The notes beneath the pieces are model-generated. The model did no database searches. It was not told the origin of the DNA and worked only from the letters and a program-made list of their open reading frames with translations. 64,000 nt of DNA from Vulcanimicrobiota bacterium (GTDB taxonomy: Bacteria; Vulcanimicrobiota; Xenobia; Xenobiales; JADMJV01): positions 3,044,891 through 3,108,890 of the forward strand of contig JBFWNU010000001.1 in assembly GCA_050250895.1 (NCBI GenBank), read 5' to 3'. The translations under genes were made by a program, and so were the position numbers. Positions 8,858 through 17,494 of this stretch are shown piece after piece (position 1 is the first letter of the stretch; every line of letters begins with the position of its first letter).

Positions 8858-10807
8858 GTGGGAGGCGAAGAGTCGTTAGACCTTTTCCTGGCTCAGCTGA
8901 GAGGGGCGGGGGAGGTCGACTCGGAAGGCGGGTTCTCGATCGACCTGCGCAAAGCCATCGCGCGTTTGGACTCGATCCAGATCGCCCGGCCCGATCTCTA
9001 CTTTCGTCATTTGGTGGCGGCCGGGATTGCCTCCGCGGCCACCTGGGTGCGGGTCCAAACCAGGGGACGGCGAGTCTGTATCGAGCATGACGGCCAGCCC
9101 CTGTCGTTCGAGACCATGCAGGAGATCTTTCCCAGTCTTTTCATGAGCCCGCTCAAAGCCAGAGCCTATCTGCGTGAACTGGCCGTGGGGCTCCACGGCG
9201 CTCGGATGGCAGGCCTCACTTCGTTGGTGCTCGAGTCGTGGTCGGGCGGGGAGGGGGCTCGACTCCAAGTCGCTGGCTGCAGGCTCGAGATTCGGCCTTT
9301 GAAGACTCAGCCCAAATGGCAGAACGCCGGCGCCACTTGCTCGGTCACCCTCAAAGACCCGCGGGCCCTGATGGATTACCTCTTCGTCAATCCCTACGCT
9401 CCTAAGGAGCCGGACTGGCGCCAGCTACGCTATGCCGCGGTTCCGATCGAAGTCAACGGTTCCCTATGTAACGCGCTCCCGACGCTCGAGGACCCGGTGC
9501 TGGTGGTGGCTCTCCGGGGCACTGACGGGACCTTGCCAGAGGTCCCGCTGGATGAGCAGGTCCAGAGCGCTCGAGTGGACTTGCCGATCAGTGGCTATCT
9601 CTATCTCGACCAGAGCCCGCGAGTCAGACTGCAGGGCATCGGTCCGCTCGACTTGCAGCTCGGCGGCCATCTCTACCTCGAAGGTGGGCCTGGCAGCACG
9701 ATCCATATCGTCATCCACGGAATCGACTACCCCTGCCGGATGGACCTGCAATTGCCTGGCTCGGCTGGACTGATCTACTGCAACGAGGTGCTTCGGGACG
9801 CCTCGCTATCGGGCGTGGTCCAAAACGAGTTTTTCGAGACGTTGCGGCAACGGCTTGCTCGTGAACTGGCCAGGGCCATCGTTCGCCTGGCCCAGACCAC
9901 TGACAACTCGGCTCTGGTCGATTGTTTCCGCCAGGCGGTGGCCGGCCTGGTCGAGCCCGACGAGGTTTCCCAGCAGAGCGGAATCCAGGCTTTCGATACC
10001 TCCAGCGGGCCCAGATCGCTGCGAGAGTTGGCGGCCAGCTATCAGCAGCACAGATTTCTCGTCGCCGGCGACGGCTCTGACTATCGACCCCCGTTTTCGG
10101 CTCTGGTGGTGGCAGTCGACGATTGGTGCCGCCATCTGCTCGAGACCCGCTTTGCGGGCTGGGTGGACATCAGGACGCTTCGCTTGCTCTATGCCGGCTC
10201 TGAGCCAAGAGACGAGCCGCTGGCCGGCGTCCCTTTTGCTTTTGCTCACCAACTGGGGACCGTCTTCGCTCATCTGCGCCTGCCCGCCACGCCATTCTTG
10301 CGCCCCGCGCGCCTATTGCTGGTCTCCAAAGGTCAAGTCATTAAACAGAGCTGGCTGGCCGGGCAACCCCGAGGATTGGAACTGGTGTTTGAGGTGGGAG
10401 CCCATCGCCAGGTTGCAATCGAAGGCTTTCTGCATCAGGTCCTCTCCCAGGTGGACCACCTCTATCAGCTGCTGCTCGAGAGTCACCACGACCTGTCCGA
10501 GGTGGCTCAGGAGCACGTGTTGGCGTTTCTGGCCACTCGGTCCGGGCGACTCGACGAGTACCAGGAACTCGTCTCGCGCGTATCGATTCGCTTTGATGAG
10601 GCGCGAGTGGGTCTGGCCGAGATCTTGAGCGGACAGAACTGGGCTTACACCTGTACCGACTCCGAAGGCGCTCTTCGTTTGACCGCTTTCCAGCTGGTCT
10701 GCCTGCGCGAGCTGATGCCTTCAGGCACGCTGGTGTCGGTCGACCCGGTCGAGATTCTGCCGGAGTCTGGCCAGGTCGACTCAGGTTACTTCATACCATT
10801 TCCCTGA
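8858..10807 (+). CDS. Hypothetical protein with degenerate HSP90/GHKL-like N-terminal domain
   Basis: DSEGGFSID..KAIARL, RHLVAAGIAS (N-box without Asn), EHDG, RELAVGL; 649 aa. Confidence 0.6.
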   Translation: MGGEESLDLFLAQLRGAGEVDSEGGFSIDLRKAIARLDSIQIARPDLYFRHLVAAGIASAATWVRVQTRGRRVCIEHDGQPLSFETMQEIFPSLFMSPLKARAYLRELAVGLHGARMAGLTSLVLESWSGGEGARLQVAGCRLEIRPLKTQPKWQNAGATCSVTLKDPRALMDYLFVNPYAPKEPDWRQLRYAAVPIEVNGSLCNALPTLEDPVLVVALRGTDGTLPEVPLDEQVQSARVDLPISGYLYLDQSPRVRLQGIGPLDLQLGGHLYLEGGPGSTIHIVIHGIDYPCRMDLQLPGSAGLIYCNEVLRDASLSGVVQNEFFETLRQRLARELARAIVRLAQTTDNSALVDCFRQAVAGLVEPDEVSQQSGIQAFDTSSGPRSLRELAASYQQHRFLVAGDGSDYRPPFSALVVAVDDWCRHLLETRFAGWVDIRTLRLLYAGSEPRDEPLAGVPFAFAHQLGTVFAHLRLPATPFLRPARLLLVSKGQVIKQSWLAGQPRGLELVFEVGAHRQVAIEGFLHQVLSQVDHLYQLLLESHHDLSEVAQEHVLAFLATRSGRLDEYQELVSRVSIRFDEARVGLAEILSGQNWAYTCTDSEGALRLTAFQLVCLRELMPSGTLVSVDPVEILPESGQVDSGYFIPFP

Positions 10808-10849
10808 GTCGCCTTTCCTCTACCCGTCTGGCATGTTAGAACTATAGGG

Positions 10850-11221
10850 ATGCGAGGCAGAGCGGCCATGGTGTTGACCGAGGCGGTGGTAGCATTGGCT
10901 GCCCTGATTCCAATCGTCATCATCCTGATAGGCATTTTCCCTTATGCTTATTCCGTCGATCAGACAGCCTGGCAACGAGTAGGGGCTCAAGATCTTGCGG
11001 TCAGCGCCCTGGCCCAGGCGCGCCAGAGCGACTTCGACAGCCTCTCCTCTTCCAGCCGCCTGGCGCAGGTCGAGGGGATTGACTATACCGTCGAGGTGAC
11101 CGTCACTCCCACTCCCTCCAGCGGCACCGCGCGCAAGAAGGCAGTGCTCGTCGAAGTCAGCTGGCAGACACCGCGGCGACGCGAAGTGATGTCCATCGAG
11201 ACCAGGCTGGTTCGGCAATGA
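10850..11221 (+). CDS. PilV-like minor pilin
   Basis: RAA|MVLTEAVV with Glu+5; C-terminal KKAVLVEVSW. Confidence 0.75.
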   Translation: MRGRAAMVLTEAVVALAALIPIVIILIGIFPYAYSVDQTAWQRVGAQDLAVSALAQARQSDFDSLSSSSRLAQVEGIDYTVEVTVTPTPSSGTARKKAVLVEVSWQTPRRREVMSIETRLVRQ

Positions 11222-11808
11222 GGCGCGGCTTCACCCTCGGCGAAACGCTGGTAGGCCTGGCCGTGGTCTCGGTGATCTTGACCATTCTGCTGATGGTCTT
11301 TAGCCACAGTCTACGGGTCTGGAACCTCACCCAGGCTCGCTCCACCGACCGCTCGGCCCTGATGTTCGCCGAGAAGGCGCTGTCAGACGATCTTTCGGGC
11401 AGTTCCGCCGATACCTTGACGGTGCTAACCGATCCCGGCCTGTGGGCGGTATCGTTTCTCGAGTCGAGGCGGTTCGACACGCTGTCCGGGCGACCCGTCT
11501 GGGAAAGGTTGGTGGTCTACAGCCTGGTTGACGGCCAGCTCCACCGCCGAACTTGGACTCCGCCCGGACCTCCGGTGTTGGTGCGGGTGCTTCCCTCCAC
11601 CATCGGCTTTGCTATCACCCAGGCCGAACTGCGCACGATCTGCGCCACTCCCAACCCCCAGCGCCGCTTGATTGCCACCGGCGTCGATAGCGTCGAGCTG
11701 GCGGCCCAGGCGGACGGCAGCTGGCGCCTGACCCTGCAAGCCCGCACCTTGACCCAGAAAGGGGTCGAGGTCCAGCAACGCCAGCTCGACCTGGGGATGC
11801 TGCAATGA
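11218..11808 (+). CDS. Prepilin-type N-terminal cleavage/methylation protein (PilW/PulJ-like)
   Basis: MRRG|FTLGETLV. Confidence 0.85.
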   Translation: MRRGFTLGETLVGLAVVSVILTILLMVFSHSLRVWNLTQARSTDRSALMFAEKALSDDLSGSSADTLTVLTDPGLWAVSFLESRRFDTLSGRPVWERLVVYSLVDGQLHRRTWTPPGPPVLVRVLPSTIGFAITQAELRTICATPNPQRRLIATGVDSVELAAQADGSWRLTLQARTLTQKGVEVQQRQLDLGMLQ

Positions 11809-13082
11809 GGCGCCGCGGCCTGGCCCTGTTGCCAGTCTTGATGGTCGGCTTGCTGTTGTTGTTGTTCGGTCTGACCCTGGTGAATCTGGCCACGGTCAAC
11901 TATCGAGCCGCAGCCATTCGCTTCGACCAGCAGGTGGCCCTCGAGGGGGCCCGGGCGGGGGTCGACGAAGTGGCGGCCGAGCTCATGGACAACGTCGACT
12001 TCGGGAAGGCCGGCGAGGTGGTGAGCCAGCCCCTGGCCAACGGCTGCAGCTATACAGTGACCTTCGCGGTGGGGCCCGAGCCTTATTCGACCAACAATCT
12101 CGACGGATTGGGCACGGCTTCGGGATGGAACGGTCGCACCGTTCCTCCTCACTGCGCCCACCTGGTGGCCGTGGCCACTACCCGCACCGGCCGACGCCGG
12201 ATCGTCGAGTCGGTCATCACCCTCGAAGCCATCCCCTACACCCTGGCCGGCTCGGGCCCCGTGTCGGGCGACGCGATCACGGTGGCTGGGGCCGATTCGC
12301 TGTTGTCCGCTCTGGCGGGCGAGAATCTGCTGGCCGCCCATGTCTATAGCGACTCCAGTAGCGCCGCGGCCATCACCTTGACCGGCCCGTCGGTGGTCAG
12401 CGGCGATGTCCGCACTCCTGGCGGCGTGAATCTGGACGCCCTCACCACGGTGGCCGGCTCCATCGATACCGGAGCCAGTTCGATCCAGCTGCCCCTGCTC
12501 GACATCCAGTCTTTTAGCAACGTGAGCTTTCCGGGCGTCCAGGTGGTACCGGGCGGCAGTTACGGTCTGCTCAGCCCCCTCAACACCACCGGGGGTCCGG
12601 GGTTGCCGGCCACCCACGTGCTGAGCGGGCCCGTCTACATCGACGGCTCGGTGCACCTGACCGGCAATGTCCTGCTGCAGAACGCCTTCGTGTTCGTGGA
12701 TGGCTCGGGAAGCTTCGAAGTCGACGGGATGCTGACCGGCACGGGCTCGCTGTTCGTGACCGGAGATACCTCGTTTCTGGGGGCGGCCGTGCTCGACCAG
12801 GATAACAAGATCGCGGTCTTTGGGCAGGGTCAGATCGACATACCGACCGGAAGCTTCTTTCAGGGAGCGCTCTATTCCAATACTGGCATCACCACGGCCA
12901 CCAACATCACGGTGCTGGGGTCGGTCATCGCCAACGGGCCGGGGGGGCCGGCCTCGGTTCACATGGGCGCCCTCTCCCGGGTGATCCATGTTCCCGAGAT
13001 TTCGGCCTTTGCCAGCTACTGGTTTGCCCGGGGAGGGAATTCGGCAGGCGTTCGCCGCTTGTTCTGGAACGAAGTCCGGTGA
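11805..13082 (+). CDS. PilX-like minor pilin with C-terminal beta-helix-like region
   Basis: MRRRG|LALLPVL, ALEGARAG motif, repeated GxxYxxGxV strands. Confidence 0.75.
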   Translation: MRRRGLALLPVLMVGLLLLLFGLTLVNLATVNYRAAAIRFDQQVALEGARAGVDEVAAELMDNVDFGKAGEVVSQPLANGCSYTVTFAVGPEPYSTNNLDGLGTASGWNGRTVPPHCAHLVAVATTRTGRRRIVESVITLEAIPYTLAGSGPVSGDAITVAGADSLLSALAGENLLAAHVYSDSSSAAAITLTGPSVVSGDVRTPGGVNLDALTTVAGSIDTGASSIQLPLLDIQSFSNVSFPGVQVVPGGSYGLLSPLNTTGGPGLPATHVLSGPVYIDGSVHLTGNVLLQNAFVFVDGSGSFEVDGMLTGTGSLFVTGDTSFLGAAVLDQDNKIAVFGQGQIDIPTGSFFQGALYSNTGITTATNITVLGSVIANGPGGPASVHMGALSRVIHVPEISAFASYWFARGGNSAGVRRLFWNEVR

Positions 13083-14347
13083 AAATCCGCTGGCTCGCGC
13101 TGCTCCTGGCCATCTGGACTGTGCCGGGGCTGGCGCAGGAGCGATTCTTGCAGCTCGAGACCGTCCCCCCCGAGGCTCAGGTGACGGTGTACTCACCCAG
13201 CCTTCCCACCGGCAAGATGGAGGGCAAGGAACTTACCCTGCCGGCGCAGGTGGGGTCCGTTACGGTCCGGGTTATTGCTCCAGGCTATCTTGCCCGGGAA
13301 CAAGACTTGCAGTTGTTGAGTCGCAATCAGCACGGGCCCAACAGCTGGGCCTTCACCATCGTACTCGAGCCTCAGGGAGTTCTCGGTCACTTGCGCCACC
13401 TGGTCCGGTACCGACCCTGGCTGGTGGCTCTCGGGCTGGGCGGGTTCGGCCTGCTGGGATTTGGCTACCACCGTCGCCAGAGCCACCGGCGCCTGACGGT
13501 GGAGCGCGAGAAGGAAGCCCTGCAACAATGTTATGACGAGGTCAATCCTGATCTCACGGGGAAACAGATCGACTCCTATCATCTACTCGAGTTGTTGGGC
13601 GAAGGCGGTTTTGCCCAGGTCTATAAGGTCCGCCACGTCGACTATGACGAGTATGCCGCCTTGAAGGTCCTCAAGGAGAAGGTGCTCGACGAGCGGTCAT
13701 GGCGACGGCTGGCTCGCGAAGCCAAGATAGGGACCCAGCTCGACCACCCCGGGGTGGTCAAGACGATGGCCTACGGCACCTACCGCGACCGGCCTTACCT
13801 GGTGATGGAACTGGCGGAAGGCCGGTCCCTCGAGAAGCTGGTAGAGCAACCCTTGCCGCTGGAAGAGGCCCTGACGATCTTTGCCGAGTTGTGCCAGGTG
13901 ATGGCCTACGCTCACGGTCAGGGCGTGATCCACCGCGACCTCAAGCCCGGCAACATTCTGGTGGGCCCGCAAGGCGTGAAGGTGTTGGACTTCGGGGTCG
14001 CTCGGCTGCGTTCGGACCTCAAGATCACGGCTCAGGGCGAAGTGGTCGGTACGCCCGACTACATGTCGCCCGAGCACATCCAGGGTAAGCCCGATGCCCG
14101 CTCGGACATCTATTGCTTGGGTTTGATCCTGTACGAGATGTTGACCGGGCAGGCCGCTTACGAGGGTACGACTCCGGCCCGGGTGATGGCCATGCATCTA
14201 CACGCGCCGCCGCCCAAGGTCAGGGCGGTGCGTCCCGAACTTCCCTCCGAGGTCGATCAGCTACTGGAGGCTTTGCTAGCCAAGCGGCCCAAGAATCGTA
14301 TCCAGACCGTGGAAGAGGTGCTCTTTCGTCTGGCGGACATCGTTTAA
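13079..14347 (+). CDS. Membrane Ser/Thr protein kinase with N-terminal PEGA-like extracellular domain
   Basis: Signal peptide, ETVPPEAQV, TM segment, LGEGGFAQVY, AALK, HRDLKPGN, DFG, GTPDYMSPE, DIYCLG. Confidence 0.93.
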   Translation: MKIRWLALLLAIWTVPGLAQERFLQLETVPPEAQVTVYSPSLPTGKMEGKELTLPAQVGSVTVRVIAPGYLAREQDLQLLSRNQHGPNSWAFTIVLEPQGVLGHLRHLVRYRPWLVALGLGGFGLLGFGYHRRQSHRRLTVEREKEALQQCYDEVNPDLTGKQIDSYHLLELLGEGGFAQVYKVRHVDYDEYAALKVLKEKVLDERSWRRLAREAKIGTQLDHPGVVKTMAYGTYRDRPYLVMELAEGRSLEKLVEQPLPLEEALTIFAELCQVMAYAHGQGVIHRDLKPGNILVGPQGVKVLDFGVARLRSDLKITAQGEVVGTPDYMSPEHIQGKPDARSDIYCLGLILYEMLTGQAAYEGTTPARVMAMHLHAPPPKVRAVRPELPSEVDQLLEALLAKRPKNRIQTVEEVLFRLADIV

Positions 14348-14429
14348 CAACTCGTTTACCGAGCCCCGCCTCGGTAAGGCTATGCTCAGGCCGGTCTCCA
14401 AAGCTCTCTCACCACTTTGGAGGACGACC

Positions 14430-14876
14430 ATGAGAATTCACAACGGTTTTACCCCGGCCGCGCCGATGGCCCTGCGCTCGGCCCGCCAACCCGACCCCGG
14501 GCCGATGGACCAGATAACCCTCGGCAGCCCGGTTCGCACGGCGGCCGTGGCCGCCGGTGTGGGTGCCGCGATTGGTGCGGGCACTTCGCTGCTCTATGCC
14601 ACGATGGACCGGGGCACGGCCACTTCTATCCATATGGGCCTGATTCTGGCCGGCGGACTGGCTGGAGCCCTCACCCTCAACGGCGCCCTCGAGCCGCGCG
14701 TCGGTGATGCTGGCCTTGCCCGGGCCCTGGGCGGCCTGGCCGGGGCCGGCTTCGTGTGGGGAACGAGCGGTTTCGGCATTCTGGCCTCCGTGCCGATGGG
14801 AACGGTGGCAGGGGCCCTGATCGGCGCAACCTACGGTGGAATGGGCGCCGTGATTCTGGGTACCACCGGGTCCTGA
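14430..14876 (+). CDS. Hypothetical glycine-zipper membrane protein with low-complexity leader
   Basis: GGAGG RBS; MRIHNGFTPAAP...PMDQITLG leader followed by GxxxG-rich helices. Confidence 0.7.
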   Translation: MRIHNGFTPAAPMALRSARQPDPGPMDQITLGSPVRTAAVAAGVGAAIGAGTSLLYATMDRGTATSIHMGLILAGGLAGALTLNGALEPRVGDAGLARALGGLAGAGFVWGTSGFGILASVPMGTVAGALIGATYGGMGAVILGTTGS

Positions 14877-14959
14877 GTCGGTCGGCGCGGCAGGTCTCAC
14901 AGTGTATTGATGTTTTTGTGTATTGCGTTTCGGATCGCTTTCGACTACACTGAGCGTAT

Positions 14960-15265
14960 ATGGAGACTATGCAAAAACTCACCCAGGAGCGAGTGGAGTT
15001 CGCGGCCAACATGTTCAAGCTGCTCGGCCACCCCCTTCGCTTGCGGATCGTCGAGTTGCTCGACCTCAACGGCGAGATGACGGTGACCGAGATTCAGACC
15101 GCCACCGAAGAGCCACAATCGACCGTCTCGATCTATCTCAATCGAATGAAGACGGTCGGCTTGCTGACCAGCCGGCGCGACGGCAACCAGAGCTACTACA
15201 CCCTGGCCGAGCCCAAATTGCGCACCTTGCTCGACTGCCTGCGCGGCTGCCCCCTCGACGCCTAG
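14960..15265 (+). CDS. ArsR/SmtB family transcriptional regulator
   Basis: FKLLGHPLRLRIVELL, QSTVS..L..MK..GLL..RRDG..YY. Confidence 0.92.
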   Translation: METMQKLTQERVEFAANMFKLLGHPLRLRIVELLDLNGEMTVTEIQTATEEPQSTVSIYLNRMKTVGLLTSRRDGNQSYYTLAEPKLRTLLDCLRGCPLDA

Positions 15266-15319
15266 CGCGAAGCCCCGCCAAGAAAAGAGCGGCCGTCGCC
15301 GGCCCGCGCTCGGTCCCCC

Positions 15320-17365
15320 CTAGCCTTTCTTCCAGGTGAAGTAAGGCTGGGCGTCTTTACCTCTACGCAGGTTGATCTCTTCGAGGTTGCTAGCGGTGAT
15401 CTGCGAGTCTTTGTCGGTCCAGCCCTCGGACTGGTAAAGCACCTTGCCGTCGGGATCCATCAGACGCAAGCGATTCTGCCCGGTGTCGACGCTGAGGCGA
15501 TCGTGCTCGCTGGTGAGATAGTTGCTGCCACCGTCGACGGTGAAGCGATTGCGGCCGGCGCCGAGTTTGATGTTCGCCGTGTCGTCGCCGCGACCCAGCC
15601 GGATGTCGCCGGTATTGTTGCCTTTGGTGGCATCGATATCGGTCGTGTTGCTCGAACTGTTGCCGTCGATGGAGATTCGATTGTCGCCGTTGCCGGTGGT
15701 GACGCTGTGGCTGGAGCCACTCCACCAACCGGCCTTCTGGGTGATGGTCTGGCCGCCGTCCTGGCCGGCGACGGTCTGGTTGGTCTGGCCGATGAGCGAG
15801 CCCTTCTGGGTGACTTCTTTGCCGGTGCCGAACTGGTCGGTCTGGCCGACCCACGAGCCACTTTGGGTGACCTTGTCACCACGTCCGGTCTGAGCCGAGT
15901 CGCCCCAGATCGAGCCGTTCTGTTGGACGGTGCCCTGGTCGGCCCGAGCGGCTTGCTTGCTATCGGCGAAGGCCGACCCGTTCTGGGTGATCTGACCCTG
16001 GCCCAGGACCCGGGCCTGTTGGTCGACTTTGCCAGTGGAGCTGCCGTTCTGCGTGATCTCTCCCGACTTGACGATAGCCTTCTGGGTGCCGCTGGTCGAG
16101 CCGTTGATGTCCTGGGTGACGGTGGCATCCTTACGGCCGACCGCCTGCTGCTCGACCTTCACTCCGGGACTTGCCGTGGCCGTCTGATCGATCTTGCCCT
16201 GGTCGCCGACCGCCGCCTGCTGGGTGGTCTGGCCGCCTTTGTTGCCCACATTGACGGCGGTCTGCTTGATCGTCGCCTCGGGGCCGGCCGCCTGAGCCTG
16301 CTGCAAGGTGGTGGCCTGGCCCTGATTGCCCTGGGCCACCACGGTCTGGTCGGTTCTGGCTTTCTCGCCTTTGGTCGTGGCTGCCTGGGTGGTGCTGACA
16401 TCGCCCTGGTTGGCGCGGGCGACATCGGTCTGGCGCACATCCGAGCCTTTACCGGTGGTGGTGGCGACCTGCTGGCTGGCTACCGGTCCTTTGTTCTTGA
16501 CGGCCTGGTTGCGCTGGGCTACATCGGCGTCTTGACCGGTGGTAGAAGCCTGTTGGCGGCTGGTGACCGGACCTTTGTTCGCAGTGGCCGTGTTGACCTG
16601 GTTGACCTTCGAGCTGTCGCCGCTGGTGGCTGCCTGCTGGCGGCTGGTGACCGGTCCTTGGTTGGCCACGGCGGTATTGCGCTGATCGACCGGGGAGCGG
16701 TCACCGGTGGTTTGCGCCTTCTGGGTGTTGTCGGCACCACCCTTGTTGGCGATGGCTGTATTGCTCTGCTTGACCGGCGAGTCCTTACCCGTGGTGGTGC
16801 CAGTCTGCTTGTTGACCACTTTGCCATCGACGCCGATGTCGCTGTTGCGCTGCTCGACGGGGGCCTTGTCGCCGGTGGTTGCCTTGGTGTCGGTGTTGGT
16901 TTTGGCCGCTTCGTCTTTGAGCTTGCTGGGGACGCTGAGGTCCTGGCCATCGTGAATCAGGTTGGGGTTGCGCAACTGGTTGGCCGCGGCCACCCGGTCG
17001 ACCAGGGTCTTGCCGTCTTTGCCTTTGCTCCAAATCTCCTTGAGCGAGTAGCCCTGGCCTCGCAGGATCCCTTCGACGGAACTGTTCTTGCCTTTGCCCC
17101 ACGGTTCGACCTTCACGCTGCGGCTCTCGACGCCGAGGTCGGCATAGGGATTATCTTTCTTGCCGGTGTCGCTGTAGGCATTGGTCAGCCCGCTCTGGAG
17201 GGCCGCGCCGTTTCTGGTGGGAGCTGCCTCGGAACCTCTTACGGTAGAGCGATCACGAGCCGCCGGTGCCGGACCCCGGTTGGCTTGGCTGCGCGTGGGG
17301 GCAGGCGCAGTCTTCTTCGTGGTCGGTGCGGGGGATTTCTTTTGCGTTGCAGTTCCAATAGCCAT
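15320..17365 (-). CDS. LysM-like domain plus Gln/Thr/Gly-rich beta-solenoid repeat protein
   Basis: VAAANQLRNPNLIHDGQDLSVP (LysM C-half); about 8 x 28-aa repeats TTGxxxxVxQxNxAxxNxGxVxxxQxA; further TQxGS repeats. Confidence 0.8.
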   Translation of the reverse strand: MAIGTATQKKSPAPTTKKTAPAPTRSQANRGPAPAARDRSTVRGSEAAPTRNGAALQSGLTNAYSDTGKKDNPYADLGVESRSVKVEPWGKGKNSSVEGILRGQGYSLKEIWSKGKDGKTLVDRVAAANQLRNPNLIHDGQDLSVPSKLKDEAAKTNTDTKATTGDKAPVEQRNSDIGVDGKVVNKQTGTTTGKDSPVKQSNTAIANKGGADNTQKAQTTGDRSPVDQRNTAVANQGPVTSRQQAATSGDSSKVNQVNTATANKGPVTSRQQASTTGQDADVAQRNQAVKNKGPVASQQVATTTGKGSDVRQTDVARANQGDVSTTQAATTKGEKARTDQTVVAQGNQGQATTLQQAQAAGPEATIKQTAVNVGNKGGQTTQQAAVGDQGKIDQTATASPGVKVEQQAVGRKDATVTQDINGSTSGTQKAIVKSGEITQNGSSTGKVDQQARVLGQGQITQNGSAFADSKQAARADQGTVQQNGSIWGDSAQTGRGDKVTQSGSWVGQTDQFGTGKEVTQKGSLIGQTNQTVAGQDGGQTITQKAGWWSGSSHSVTTGNGDNRISIDGNSSSNTTDIDATKGNNTGDIRLGRGDDTANIKLGAGRNRFTVDGGSNYLTSEHDRLSVDTGQNRLRLMDPDGKVLYQSEGWTDKDSQITASNLEEINLRRGKDAQPYFTWKKG

Positions 17366-17494
17366 AGTCTGAAGATATCGGACTCGACTGGTAGCGGGTT
17401 TTGGATCTTCTCCAAAGATTTGTTACAGGTTTGTTAAAAAATGGCGAGATGTTTCCACAAGGAACCACCCTTTCTCTCTTGAAGCGCACTGGCC

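Noticed and set aside
15503-17437. 644-aa plus-strand ORF
   Set aside because: Antisense shadow of the LysM repeat gene, typical of high-GC codon bias
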